64,000 nt of DNA, taken from the IMG/VR virus record IMGVR_UViG_3300033075_001196, positions 32,001 through 96,000 of that record. One strand, written 5' to 3'. The stretch is from a virus. Its lineage: Duplodnaviria; Caudoviricetes. The notes beneath the pieces are model-generated. The model made no database searches. It had not been told where the DNA came from and was given only the letters and a program-made list of their open reading frames with translations. Every line of letters begins with the position of its first letter. The stretch's first letter is position 1. Made by a program: the position numbers and the translations under genes. Shown in pieces: positions 7,213 to 16,852 of this stretch.

Positions 7213-8304
7213 TTATTTTTTATTAAAATTCGGAACAGTTGGCATCCAATCATTTTCATCAAAATTGGAATTAAGAATTTGGCCTGCTAATTTTTGGGTG
7301 ATCTTTTTACTGGTAGAACTAACTACCGTATTATATGTGTGACTAGCTAAATCAGTTAGCATATTAATTGCAGCCCAAGCATTAACCGGAGTCGGGCAAT
7401 TTCTTAATTGTCCAGCGGTAGCTTTTTCTAAATCAATTCCTTTTTGTTCATACTTAATTTTCCATTCCTTATCATCACCAATATGACGAATGATTTTATC
7501 AACATCATCTCTCCAGATATTCAATGCGTGAGCTTTGATTTTGTTAAACTCATATACACTAAGCGCTGTTTGCATTGCATTAAGCACTTTATGTTCATAA
7601 TGATCAATAATTTTTTTATTTGGACTCATCAAGTCCCGATATAATGTATTATACCAGGCACTTGGATCACTTTCCCCATTTAATATTACTGGATGATTTC
7701 CAGGAACAATTGCTGTCATACCATTACGACAAACTAATCGTTCAATCAAATCGACGGCCGAAACATCTCCGACCATATCCCATGTGACTTGTTTTCCATA
7801 TGAAATTGTTTCACCTGGCATCTTTAGTGGTATTGAAACATTCCATTTAAGATTAAATGATACTTTAGTTCCACTGTCAGTTATTAAGGTTTGAGTCAAT
7901 TCAACCTTTTCTGTTTTGGTTAAATCCCTTAATAACTGCTCAATTGTGTCAGCTGAAACCGTCACTCCTTGTGCATCTATATTGTATGCAATTCTTACTA
8001 CTGATTGTAACTCTTTATCAATTACTAAAGAAATTTTCTGATTATTTCCTTTAGAAGCAATTGCTTTAGTCAATTCTTTAATTAATAGGAATCCCGCATT
8101 AGGATTCAAAGTTTCATTTAAATGTACCAACATTGCATTGGTAATGCCTGAAATTTTTAATAAATCTTTAAATGCTGTGGGTGTAATTGGAATCGACTTT
8201 CCAGCTACTTCAATCATTTCCTTGTTTCTTGGAACTACATCCTTTAAATTGACGGTATATGTTGATGTGTTTTGCCTCGCGGCTGCCATATCGTCTGTAA
8301 ACAT
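7213..8304 (-). CDS. DUF932/DUF945-like protein
   Basis: RLVCRNGM motif and NAWAAINMLT motif near the C-terminus. Confidence 0.65.
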   Translation of the reverse strand: MFTDDMAAARQNTSTYTVNLKDVVPRNKEMIEVAGKSIPITPTAFKDLLKISGITNAMLVHLNETLNPNAGFLLIKELTKAIASKGNNQKISLVIDKELQSVVRIAYNIDAQGVTVSADTIEQLLRDLTKTEKVELTQTLITDSGTKVSFNLKWNVSIPLKMPGETISYGKQVTWDMVGDVSAVDLIERLVCRNGMTAIVPGNHPVILNGESDPSAWYNTLYRDLMSPNKKIIDHYEHKVLNAMQTALSVYEFNKIKAHALNIWRDDVDKIIRHIGDDKEWKIKYEQKGIDLEKATAGQLRNCPTPVNAWAAINMLTDLASHTYNTVVSSTSKKITQKLAGQILNSNFDENDWMPTVPNFNKK

Positions 8305-8342
8305 TTGGTTGTTTTTTTGATTAATAATTTTTAACTACGCCA

Positions 8343-8374
8343 TAAAGATATGGTGAGATATTGAAATAACCAAG
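8343..8374 (-). promoter_or_regulatory. Bacteroidota-type promoter (CTTG-N20-TATCTTTA)
   Basis: Repeated motif; shares the downstream TGGCGTA.TTAA sequence with the 2294 promoter. Confidence 0.7.
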
Positions 8375-8427
8375 AATTATTTGATATTTTTTTTAGTATA
8401 ATATATAACTTATTGAGAATCAATATA

Positions 8428-8862
8428 TTATTTAATAAAACAGTCACATATCCTATGCCACATTTTTTTTGATCTATTATTATATATGTAGTCTCCACAG
8501 ATTTCTATAGAATTATTATCTAATTGGGATAAATTGGACTTAAAATCAATTCCAATTATATTATCAAATTGTACAATACTATATGTTCCAGAATTTAATA
8601 TTACATTATTATCCAAAATATAATATTTTCTATCATCATTTAACAATAAATCAATTGAAGTGGAATCAAATTCACCAGTCCTCCATTGACCCATTATTTT
8701 TTCTTCAATCTCTTTAGATGATGGGTGGAATCTTGTAATATATTCTGCCGAACATAATGATATATCATCAGGAACGGGAGTTAAAAATTCTAATTCATGC
8801 TTTATACATGATGTGATGTATAATAGTCCAATTATACTTGCGGCTAGTAGTAAATATTTCAT
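8428..8862 (-). CDS. Putative lipoprotein
   Basis: Hydrophobic N-terminus ending in ITSC. Confidence 0.55.
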   Translation of the reverse strand: MKYLLLAASIIGLLYITSCIKHELEFLTPVPDDISLCSAEYITRFHPSSKEIEEKIMGQWRTGEFDSTSIDLLLNDDRKYYILDNNVILNSGTYSIVQFDNIIGIDFKSNLSQLDNNSIEICGDYIYNNRSKKMWHRICDCFIK

Positions 8863-8901
8863 TAAACATTCCTTCTTTATTAATAAATATAAAAAAGAAA
8901 C

Positions 8902-9369
8902 TCACTCTCTAAAATACCAGTGCCCATCTCCCTTGAGATATAACTTATGTTTAATTTGATTCATCCATTTTTTATCCTTCCCAATTGTTGGGTTATGGAA
9001 ATAAACCACATCTTCAGGTAGTATACTTCCATATTTCAATAGATATTTTGCAGCTCTTATACTTTCCCTGCCTTTGACACTATTAATAACTTTAAAGTGT
9101 TTAGAATTAATTCCTTTAAATTGATTTTTTTTAAATATTACTCCACTCAAAGTGTTTGGAAAGGCCGAATTCTTAATTCGATTTAATATTACAGAACCAA
9201 CTCTTAATTTTTCTTCGTAGGTTTGACCTATAGATTCACTGTTTATCACCTTGACAAACAGAGTTAAAGTTTTAATATACTTTATATCCCTATAGACATG
9301 AACTAATGGCCTAGAGGGTGTAAACGAGCCAGGGAGTATAATTAATAATAATAACAAATATATTTTCAT
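8902..9369 (-). CDS. SleB/Hydrolase_2-family cell wall hydrolase
   Basis: Signal peptide, INSES catalytic Glu, V.SVILNR, FPNTL.GVI...QF, YFHNP, GHWYF. Confidence 0.85.
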   Translation of the reverse strand: MKIYLLLLLIILPGSFTPSRPLVHVYRDIKYIKTLTLFVKVINSESIGQTYEEKLRVGSVILNRIKNSAFPNTLSGVIFKKNQFKGINSKHFKVINSVKGRESIRAAKYLLKYGSILPEDVVYFHNPTIGKDKKWMNQIKHKLYLKGDGHWYFRE

Positions 9370-9857
9370 AATAGTTTTCCAAGTCTAATTATCTTATGAA
9401 CAAGATCAGCCAGAGATCCATTGTTATCAATAATTATATCAGCCAATGATTTATCAATATTAAATGAATCTGTAGGTTCTAATGGAAGGTGTTCTGATCT
9501 ATCTACCCAGATTATTAAATCAAATATTTCTTGTTTAAGACATTCAAGAATTTCTTCTCGTTCTCTCATTCCAACATAACAATCGGCTTTTAATAATATT
9601 TGTTTAGCTAGCTTAGCTCGATCTGGTTGATTATAATTTTTTATTAATTCATACCATTCAGATCGATGATTCATTCTGTCAATATAGCATTCTTGAAAGG
9701 TTTTGTAACCATATTTTTCTTTCAATTCATCATATATGAATATTTCAGCTGCTTGTTCCGACGAAGATTTAAATTGATATCCGTACTGTTCTAATAAAAT
9801 TTCAGCTACAGTATCTTTACCATGTCTAGCATGGCCTATGATTAATAGTTTTTTCAA
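9366..9857 (-). CDS. Deoxynucleoside monophosphate kinase-like P-loop protein
   Basis: GHARHGKDT P-loop; D.II.NNGSL C-terminal motif. Confidence 0.7.
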   Translation of the reverse strand: MKKLLIIGHARHGKDTVAEILLEQYGYQFKSSSEQAAEIFIYDELKEKYGYKTFQECYIDRMNHRSEWYELIKNYNQPDRAKLAKQILLKADCYVGMREREEILECLKQEIFDLIIWVDRSEHLPLEPTDSFNIDKSLADIIIDNNGSLADLVHKIIRLGKLL

Positions 9858-10066
9858 TCAGTGTGCGGTTTAATATAATGAATATTTGTGAATCCATTCT
9901 CTTTAGTTATTATGGAGTCTTCTTCTTTAATACTACCATCTATAGGTAGATTGCTTACACCAATTTTCCAATCAGCATTTCTTTCTGGATGTTCATTAAT
10001 AGGTTCAACAACCTTTTTTAATTTCCCATTCAGATCATAATGTAGAATTCTTCCTGTTTTACTCAT
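9854..10066 (-). CDS. Hypothetical protein
   Basis: Overlapping stop/start with neighbours. Confidence 0.5.
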   Translation of the reverse strand: MSKTGRILHYDLNGKLKKVVEPINEHPERNADWKIGVSNLPIDGSIKEEDSIITKENGFTNIHYIKPHTD

Positions 10067-10428
10067 TTTAATCGTTTTTTAGATGCAGACATCCGCTTGT
10101 TATAGGCATTAATTTGTTCTGCTGATAAACATTTTAGACTAATCGTTTCTACTTCATCAATCGGCCTTTCTAAAATTATTTTATCACCAACAGCTAATAT
10201 TGGTCTCCAACCGAGTTTAGCCTTATCATTTAAATGACCAGACAAATTATCGCATTTTACTACTTCATATATGATCTTTCCAAATTTTCTTTCTAATGAT
10301 TTGGAACGAGCAATTTGTTGTCTTTCTTTATATTGTTGTTTATTAAATCCATTGTGGTGCCAACGAATATGGTTGGATTTTAATTGCCATTTTGCAAAAC
10401 TTAAATCACATTCTTCACATAAATACAT
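10063..10428 (-). CDS. C2H2 zinc-finger protein, apparently chimeric
   Basis: CEEC...HIRWH finger followed by a DUF4177-like LN..AK.GWRPI...IILERP segment. Confidence 0.55.
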   Translation of the reverse strand: MYLCEECDLSFAKWQLKSNHIRWHHNGFNKQQYKERQQIARSKSLERKFGKIIYEVVKCDNLSGHLNDKAKLGWRPILAVGDKIILERPIDEVETISLKCLSAEQINAYNKRMSASKKRLK

Positions 10429-10504
10429 CTATGATCTTTATCATAAATATTTTTTATGTATCAATTTTATAATAGAAATGGTATTTTAAACCATTATTAT
10501 TTTC

Positions 10505-10954
10505 TGGTGGAGGTGTCGAGTTCTGCCGCTCGAGTCTTATAAAATTACATATACCATTTTATTTATAGGTTTAGTTGGTTATTCTAACAACATACCAACA
10601 AAAGAAAAGGGCCGTCTGGAACCTAAGTTCTAAACGCAGATCCACCACTGACCATTTGGTTCAGGCCGTCAGCGCCATCTCTAGTAATTTCACCCCCCCT
10701 GTATATACTAGTGTGGGTAGATGCTTTCGGTCAGCCGTAACTATTAAGGGAGCCACCTACAAATTTGCAACTTTCTGGTTCGAGGTTGTTGCCACCCAAC
10801 AGTTAAGCTGCTACTCTAAGAGCAACTGGAGCTTTTCTGAATGCAAATGTTCTTAACTTGCCTTTTATTGATCATAAATAATTTATTAAGCGGATATTTA
10901 CAGCCACTACCTAAATGATATACTTCACAGTATAATCGATTCTAATTCACCCCC
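10505..10954 (-). ncRNA. ssrA: tmRNA; tag (A)GKLRTFAFRKAPVALRVAA*
   Basis: 5' GGGGGUG pairs with 3' CACCUCC-ACCA including G3.U70; tag ORF 10803-10862 follows UAAAA and ends VAA-stop. Confidence 0.9.
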
Positions 10955-11065
10955 CGATATCAAAGAACATATAATTAAAACAATCCATAGAAGTTTGATA
11001 TTTACAATACCATTACACTAACTATATAGCCGGAGAACTTTACTACGACTTACTTGTTTTAATTT

Positions 11066-11141
11066 TGGCGGCCCATCCCGGTTACGATCCGAGTCCCCTT
11101 ACGCAGACAACGTAGGCTTCTTCCGATTAAATTAATAGGCC
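11066..11141 (-). tRNA. tRNA-Asp(GUC)
   Basis: Acceptor GGCCUAU/AUGGGCC, GCCA end, anticodon loop UUGUCUG, T loop AUCGUAA. Confidence 0.75.
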
Positions 11142-11147
11142 AATTAG

Positions 11148-11223
11148 AGGCGTAGGAGGGATTCGAACCCTCGTCGTTTAGGTTATGAGCCTAAGCTGGT
11201 TACCATCTCCAGTCCACCACGCT
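11148..11223 (-). tRNA. tRNA-Met(CAU), initiator-like
   Basis: UUAGG-CUCAUAA-CCUAA arm, GAGGG-UUCGAAU-CCCUC T arm, A1xC72 mismatch; CCA not encoded. Confidence 0.85.
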
Positions 11224-11317
11224 ATTTAAATAAATGGGCCTGAATTTTTAGAAATTCTTATATGATATTTGCATCCAAATATCCAAATTTAAAATTCACC
11301 TAGCCCATTTTATATCT

Positions 11318-11485
11318 TTAATCACAAGTTGTAGATCTAGAAACTGTAGACCTGAACAGCTGTGATTCTTCATTAAATAATATTTTACTGAATCTTGTTC
11401 CATATCCTGCAAATGGATATTTTTTCAAATATTCAGTTTGAAGGGTTATCAGTCCTTCTTTTGTTTTATGCGTTAAGGTTTCGTA
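11318..11485 (-). CDS. Small hypothetical protein; start uncertain
   Basis: ORF between tRNAs; the annotated TTG start overlaps the tRNA-Thr 3' end, so a downstream start is likely. Confidence 0.4.
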   Translation of the reverse strand, partial: YETLTHKTKEGLITLQTEYLKKYPFAGYGTRFSKILFNEESQLFRSTVSRSTTCD

Positions 11486-11502
11486 TATCATATATTTTAT
11501 TG

Positions 11503-11575
11503 AGGTCAATATCGGGTACGATCCGATATCCCTAGATTACAAAGCTAGAATTTTATCCATTTAAACTAATCAACC
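11503..11575 (-). tRNA. tRNA-Thr(UGU)
   Basis: Acceptor GGUUGAU/AUUGACC, loop UUUGUAA, T arm AUCGG-AUCGUAC-CCGAU. Confidence 0.7.
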
Positions 11576-11590
11576 ATCTAATTAACAACA

Positions 11591-11622
11591 TAAAGATATG
11601 ATCTATTTTACAACTAAACAAA
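11591..11622 (-). promoter_or_regulatory. Bacteroidota-type promoter for the tRNA/tmRNA cluster
   Basis: TTTG-N20-TATCTTTA, 16 nt upstream of tRNA-Thr. Confidence 0.7.
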
Positions 11623-11685
11623 TATTTCTTTAAATATTATTTATATATATGCACAAATTCTGATAAATCATTGAATTTCAATAAA

Positions 11686-12018
11686 TTATTCATATCTTGA
11701 TATCATATCAACTGCCTGCTGTTCGAAAGGATGATGGCCTGTCATTATATTAAATTGCGGATCTTGAATAATTCTTTTTTCTGTTATTGGGGTGATTTTA
11801 AAATCAATAAGAAGTTTATCAATCATAAAATCAATATGCCTCAATACAGACCCGCCATCTCTGCGTTGAATTGATGCTACAATTGTTTCAAACGAAACTA
11901 ATTTATTTTTATAATGATGTATATAATTTCTAATAAACTCTAAATCCTGTTGTATAAACTCAGCCGGAGGCCTTGAGCATTTACTGTTAAGCCATGTTAG
12001 TACGTCATTTCTATTCAT
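11686..12018 (-). CDS. Hypothetical protein
   Basis: 110-aa ORF in an operon-like arrangement. Confidence 0.55.
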   Translation of the reverse strand: MNRNDVLTWLNSKCSRPPAEFIQQDLEFIRNYIHHYKNKLVSFETIVASIQRRDGGSVLRHIDFMIDKLLIDFKITPITEKRIIQDPQFNIMTGHHPFEQQAVDMISRYE

Positions 12019-12021
12019 ATA

Positions 12022-12822
12022 TTAACCTCTTGGTGAATGATTTCTATATAATAATTCTGCTTTATCTGATTGTATAAGTTCTCCAGTTTCTAATATGTAT
12101 CCAGTTAATTTTCCTTTCCATCCAGCTCCTGTATCTACATTAACTATATTACATACTTGCAAATTTGGAAACATTTTAATGTAATCTTTTTGCGTTGCTG
12201 TATGGCCAATGAATACTTTATCAAATCCTCCAAATTTCATCTTTTCATCAATTACATTATATCCCTTATTCAACAAATATTGTAAATGAGTTGCTCTTTC
12301 AAACAACCTTCTATCCCAAATTAAACTTTCTGGATCCAATAAATGGGCAGTTTGTAGTTCTGGATACAGAGCAACATCCCAACCTCCATGAACAAATGCA
12401 ATATTATTTTCAATATAATACCACTTCAAACTATTGAAAAACTCTATATGAGCTTCATAATCTGGTTTTGGATCTATAGTAGAAACATATGATTTAAATG
12501 TATTTGCTCCACCTTGATCCCACATATGATCATATCTTCTACGAATGTATGATATGTCACCTTCCACGATTTCTTTAAGATGTGAATTTAATGCGGATCG
12601 TATCCATTGATCATGATTTCCAAATATATAAATGTTTTTTCCACCGCTTAACTTTTGATATTCTATTAAATCATTAATGACCTTTACAGAATCAGGATAT
12701 CCATCTACATAATCACCCATACAAATTAAACGATCATTTTTTGGATCATAATTAGATCTAGCTACTACTTGTTGTAATGCTTTGTGATTACCATGAATAT
12801 CCCCAATTACTATAGTTCTCAT
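12022..12822 (-). CDS. Metallophosphoesterase (Ser/Thr phosphatase-like)
   Basis: GDIHG, GDYVD, GNHD, FVHGG, GHT, DTG motifs. Confidence 0.9.
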   Translation of the reverse strand: MRTIVIGDIHGNHKALQQVVARSNYDPKNDRLICMGDYVDGYPDSVKVINDLIEYQKLSGGKNIYIFGNHDQWIRSALNSHLKEIVEGDISYIRRRYDHMWDQGGANTFKSYVSTIDPKPDYEAHIEFFNSLKWYYIENNIAFVHGGWDVALYPELQTAHLLDPESLIWDRRLFERATHLQYLLNKGYNVIDEKMKFGGFDKVFIGHTATQKDYIKMFPNLQVCNIVNVDTGAGWKGKLTGYILETGELIQSDKAELLYRNHSPRG

Positions 12823-13394
12823 TACTTGATAACTTTATCAACAATATTTAATTTTAATGCTTCCTTTGCTGTAATGAACCAATCAAATTTTCGTTTCTTA
12901 ATATCTTGCATTTTCTTTTTAGATATTTTAGTTCTAGTCAAAGTAATATTTTCTAATTCCTTTTGCAATCGTGTTGTTTCTTTGAGATCCTCTTTAAGTG
13001 TTTGGACTTGACCATAATGTACATTTGATACAGAATGGTATAATATAGTTGACAATTTATGGGCAAATCTTTTATGTCCTGAAATTAATAACATGAATCC
13101 ACAAGACATTGCACATCCAGTAACAATTGTATGTACTGGGGTTTTACTAGAATCTATAATGGATATTAATCCAAAAATTTGATATACATATCCACCGTAC
13201 GAATCAATGTAGATTTCTATTGGGCTTGGTACATAATTTAAATTATGTGCTTTATATATTTTCTTTAAGTGAGAATCATGTTCATTGATATCTAATATTT
13301 CTCTAGTTAATTGTGATATTGATTCTTGATCAACCTGTTTGGTGAACAATAACTTTCTAGGCAAAGGTACTGGAATTTGTTTTTCTAATGACAT
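12822..13394 (-). CDS. clpP: ClpP-like protease subunit
   Basis: IYIDSYGG, G.AMSCG (catalytic Ser), LYH (His), D.FITA.EAL...IVD. Confidence 0.85.
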   Translation of the reverse strand: MSLEKQIPVPLPRKLLFTKQVDQESISQLTREILDINEHDSHLKKIYKAHNLNYVPSPIEIYIDSYGGYVYQIFGLISIIDSSKTPVHTIVTGCAMSCGFMLLISGHKRFAHKLSTILYHSVSNVHYGQVQTLKEDLKETTRLQKELENITLTRTKISKKKMQDIKKRKFDWFITAKEALKLNIVDKVIK

Positions 13395-13598
13395 TTATAT
13401 AAATTTAATCTTTTAATAAAATTGGACCATTTTTATTTGGCGCTGAGGGTGAAAAATATCTTCTGAATGTTTCAAATGATATTGTAACTTCAACTTCATT
13501 GATTGAATCCTTAGTGTATGACCAAGTTGAATTTAATGGTTTAGATAATGCCATATTACTAGCACCTTCTGGAGTTGTATAAATTATTAATGAGCTCA

Positions 13599-13778
13599 TT
13601 ATTTTTTTACTTTAGATGTTTCAATTGAATGTATTTCTGCCCGTATGGAATTTATGGCTGTTGCTGTTAATTCTAATTCAGATTCTAGAACACCATGCCT
13701 ATATAGAGCCCTTCCCAATTTTTCATATAAAGCATCGATTGGGTCGTTAGAAATGTGTCCTTGTATTTCGTCTTTCAT
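13599..13778 (-). CDS. Small hypothetical protein (59 aa; not in ORF track)
   Basis: Fills the gap with overlapping stop/start junctions on both sides. Confidence 0.5.
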   Translation of the reverse strand: MKDEIQGHISNDPIDALYEKLGRALYRHGVLESELELTATAINSIRAEIHSIETSKVKK

Positions 13779-14051
13779 TTTATTCCAATTTGATTTGTTA
13801 AATCAATAATTTTTTGTATATTTATTTCACTATTAAATAATTCTTTTCTAATCTCCAACATCTTCTCAGTTCTATCTGATGGAATTTTTATACCATTTCG
13901 TTGACCCTTTTTAATTAGCTCTTCAATATGTTCAAATCTCAATCCAACACCTGGTGCGGTTTTTGATTGAAACCATAATGAATCAGCCAATCCTGTATAC
14001 ATTGATTTATCAATGATTGGATCATCCATCTTAATTAAGAATTCATATACT

Positions 14052-14600
14052 TCAATTAGATTCATTATAATATCCTTTACATTTTCTGTCTATTGTTTCT
14101 GCTTTTTCGAATACATCATCATACATCAAAAAATAATGATTGTAACAACACAACTCCAAATTTTCTCTGTTGTGATTTTTAAAATCCCCATCCTTCCAAA
14201 TCAATACCAATGGTACTGATCCGTCAGTTACTCTCCTTTCATTAAAGCCACAGTACTCACATTCCTCTAGCATCAACCCCTCCTTAAGTACTTTTCCTTT
14301 TAATTGGGCTGCGGGGAATTCTGGATGTTTACCAGACAAAACATCAACCATTGACACTTTATCAATTAACTTCCCCCTGGCTAAGGTTTTTGTGCCTTTA
14401 TGCCCTTGATTCGAATGTAATTCATATAGCGTTTTGCCAGTAGCACTGTCAACATGCATTTTAGCATACTTAGTATAAGTATTATAATCACACCCAACAA
14501 ACATTGCAGCAGATCGATTTGAATGGGTATGAGCCATTGCAAATCTTATATCTGATTCGGTTAGATTTAGAGCCTTTCTTAATATGTTATACTTAGCCAT
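14052..14600 (-). CDS. Degenerate HNH-like protein with N-terminal HTH-like region
   Basis: CEYCG...L....DGD..N...ENL.LCC.N; the catalytic His position appears replaced. Confidence 0.6.
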   Translation of the reverse strand: MAKYNILRKALNLTESDIRFAMAHTHSNRSAAMFVGCDYNTYTKYAKMHVDSATGKTLYELHSNQGHKGTKTLARGKLIDKVSMVDVLSGKHPEFPAAQLKGKVLKEGLMLEECEYCGFNERRVTDGSVPLVLIWKDGDFKNHNRENLELCCYNHYFLMYDDVFEKAETIDRKCKGYYNESN

Positions 14601-14943
14601 ATGAATTTAATCTTCCAAATGTTGCGCTAATTAATTTTTCAAATAAGCTGATGAACCATACTATACATGATCCATAAAATCCATCTAACATATATGAAAT
14701 ATCAATTGATTTAAAATGTGCATAATACCCAAATAAATTATATGATGGTGAAAACCAATAATGTGACAATATAAAACCAACCCAAGTACTAGTACAAATT
14801 GTACATGTAAATAATATGCCAAATGGCTGTGTTATCAAATACTTCAATAAAAATGTTCTGAATGGTTTAAATAACATTGAATCCACTATTATTTGAGTGA
14901 TTCCGTATACTGTTATTATCCAGAAAACTATTAGGTTATTCAT
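14593..14943 (-). CDS. Membrane protein (DUF1360-like)
   Basis: Hydrophobic helices with C..C.S.WVG motif. Confidence 0.55.
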   Translation of the reverse strand: MNNLIVFWIITVYGITQIIVDSMLFKPFRTFLLKYLITQPFGILFTCTICTSTWVGFILSHYWFSPSYNLFGYYAHFKSIDISYMLDGFYGSCIVWFISLFEKLISATFGRLNSYG

Positions 14944-15251
14944 TTAAATATATCTTCTGTTTTTTTAATAATTGTTACATCCAATTTATGTTCTATTAAT
15001 TTATCTAAAACTTTAAAGGAATTCTCCTTATCCCCAGTAAATATTTTAAACTTCTTGTTCATTCTTATAAGTTCCTCAGCTACTATAGTAGATTGGGTTT
15101 TAGTAAATCCTAATAATTTAATTGAACTTAAAATTAAAGACAATTCTTCAACTAACCAAATTTTTGGCCCTAAATTATTAATATATATTAAAAACCTAGA
15201 ATTCTTACAGTCATTACAATCATCATTTATTTTGGAATCTATGTAACCCAT
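14940..15251 (-). CDS. Hypothetical protein, possible ClpS-like fold
   Basis: Pattern L.G....Q...(A)......G..E......L....L.V.I loosely resembles the ClpS core. Confidence 0.35.
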   Translation of the reverse strand: MGYIDSKINDDCNDCKNSRFLIYINNLGPKIWLVEELSLILSSIKLLGFTKTQSTIVAEELIRMNKKFKIFTGDKENSFKVLDKLIEHKLDVTIIKKTEDIFK

Positions 15252-15439
15252 AAATTGCGTCTAAAATTTCTCTATTATTCAATATTGATTCTGTTTTAGA
15301 ATATATAACCGCTTTAATCGGTTGGAAGTTCTTCTTATTCATTATGCCTACTGTAATCAGATAGTTATCTGAATCATAATGACAAGTTCGAATTGAAATC
15401 ATATTATTCCTTTTAAAATAATTATAATTTCAACACCAA

Positions 15440-15751
15440 TTAAATCTGATTTTCTTCTGGATTATCGCTTGGAAGAGGTGTATTTGTTCTAGGCTGAGAT
15501 GTGGTTGCGCCTCTTCTACTATTAGCAAATGATGGTAAGGCGTCTACAAACTTTTCTGATCCGATAAATCCCATAGACCAAATAACAGCTTCAATCAATC
15601 CATTAAATACAAATTCGGCTATCGTTTTATTAAAAAATACATGCCCGATAATAACAACTATCAATAATAATACTAGTAAAAAAACTATAATTCGTTTTGT
15701 AGATATCTTTCCAGATGCCTCTGTTATTGCTTGTTTCATCAATTCCCTCAT
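15440..15751 (-). CDS. Two-TM membrane protein, holin-like
   Basis: GKISTKR followed by two hydrophobic helices and a polar tail. Confidence 0.5.
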   Translation of the reverse strand: MRELMKQAITEASGKISTKRIIVFLLVLLLIVVIIGHVFFNKTIAEFVFNGLIEAVIWSMGFIGSEKFVDALPSFANSRRGATTSQPRTNTPLPSDNPEENQI

Positions 15752-16260
15752 TCTCTAATAATATGTTTAGTTAAGCAAGAAACTGTAATATACTGTCCAT
15801 TTGTATATGTCTTATATTGCACTAATTCTTCATTAATGCTTTCAATCGGGCCACCAGTATTTTTATAAATACTATTTGGATCCATGTTTATAATATATTC
15901 TCCAACGTTTAAGGATTCATTTTTATCCGGATCAATTTCTATATCATCACCAGATTTGGATTTAGATTTATCTTCTCCTTTATCTTTAGATGGTTCCGCA
16001 GGAGGTGCCTCTTCAGGATTCAATTCCTGATTTAGCTGTTCCTTTGTAAATGTTATTCCATCAATTTTTATAGATTCAATTGCTGGGTAGTTGAAATATT
16101 GTGCCTTGCCATCAACATTATATCCAACACCCTTTCTAGGATTTTCAATATCAGACGCATCTGCAATTGTTAAAAATTCCTTATTAACAAATACTTCCAG
16201 GCCCTGATTTGATTCAAGGTATTGTTTTAAATATTCATTATCAAAATAATATGTTATCAT
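15748..16260 (-). CDS. Hypothetical protein with acidic linker
   Basis: 170-aa ORF. Confidence 0.55.
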   Translation of the reverse strand: MITYYFDNEYLKQYLESNQGLEVFVNKEFLTIADASDIENPRKGVGYNVDGKAQYFNYPAIESIKIDGITFTKEQLNQELNPEEAPPAEPSKDKGEDKSKSKSGDDIEIDPDKNESLNVGEYIINMDPNSIYKNTGGPIESINEELVQYKTYTNGQYITVSCLTKHIIRE

Positions 16261-16261
16261 A

Positions 16262-16852
16262 TTAATCTATTTTTTTAACAATACCAACATATCCTAATAT
16301 AACTGTATCATCATCCGTCAACGATGGCTCAGCTTCACTTGAATATTTAACTTTTTCACCATTAAGAACTACTTCATATGTATCTCTATATGGTGTATTA
16401 TGATCTACTGAAAATTTCCAATTTAAAAATGCAGTTTGTTTATCTACAATTGGGGCTAACCATCCATGTACTAACATTTCTGATTGACTAAGACCAAACA
16501 TTTTGGACAGTGTTTTATTTGCATATGTACATTTACCTTCCACATCACAAATGAAAATTCCTAGTCCTATGGCGTTCTCAATTATATTTAGTCTCATTTC
16601 ATCCACTAGAATATCCATTCCCTTTTGCTTGATAATTTCCTTTAACACACGACCAGCTTCTTTACCGAAATGTTTTTCAATATCTTTAATAACATGTACA
16701 CCCGAGTTGTTCAAATATATTTGTCCTAAAAAGAATGGGGCTGTTTTTGGCCATATCCATTTAAAAAATGTATATAATCCTCCTATAACTGCCACAACAT
16801 ATGCTATAATAGTGACAACATCCTTTAAAACTTGTAATTGCGCTGGTTCCAA
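16262..16852 (-). CDS. Membrane-anchored PAS-domain protein
   Basis: N-terminal TM; GIFICD.EG.CTYAN......FG....E...GW PAS signature; TTG start. Confidence 0.7.
   Translation of the reverse strand: MEPAQLQVLKDVVTIIAYVVAVIGGLYTFFKWIWPKTAPFFLGQIYLNNSGVHVIKDIEKHFGKEAGRVLKEIIKQKGMDILVDEMRLNIIENAIGLGIFICDVEGKCTYANKTLSKMFGLSQSEMLVHGWLAPIVDKQTAFLNWKFSVDHNTPYRDTYEVVLNGEKVKYSSEAEPSLTDDDTVILGYVGIVKKID

Noticed and set aside
10575-10856. 93-aa plus-strand ORF
   Set aside because: Antisense to the tmRNA
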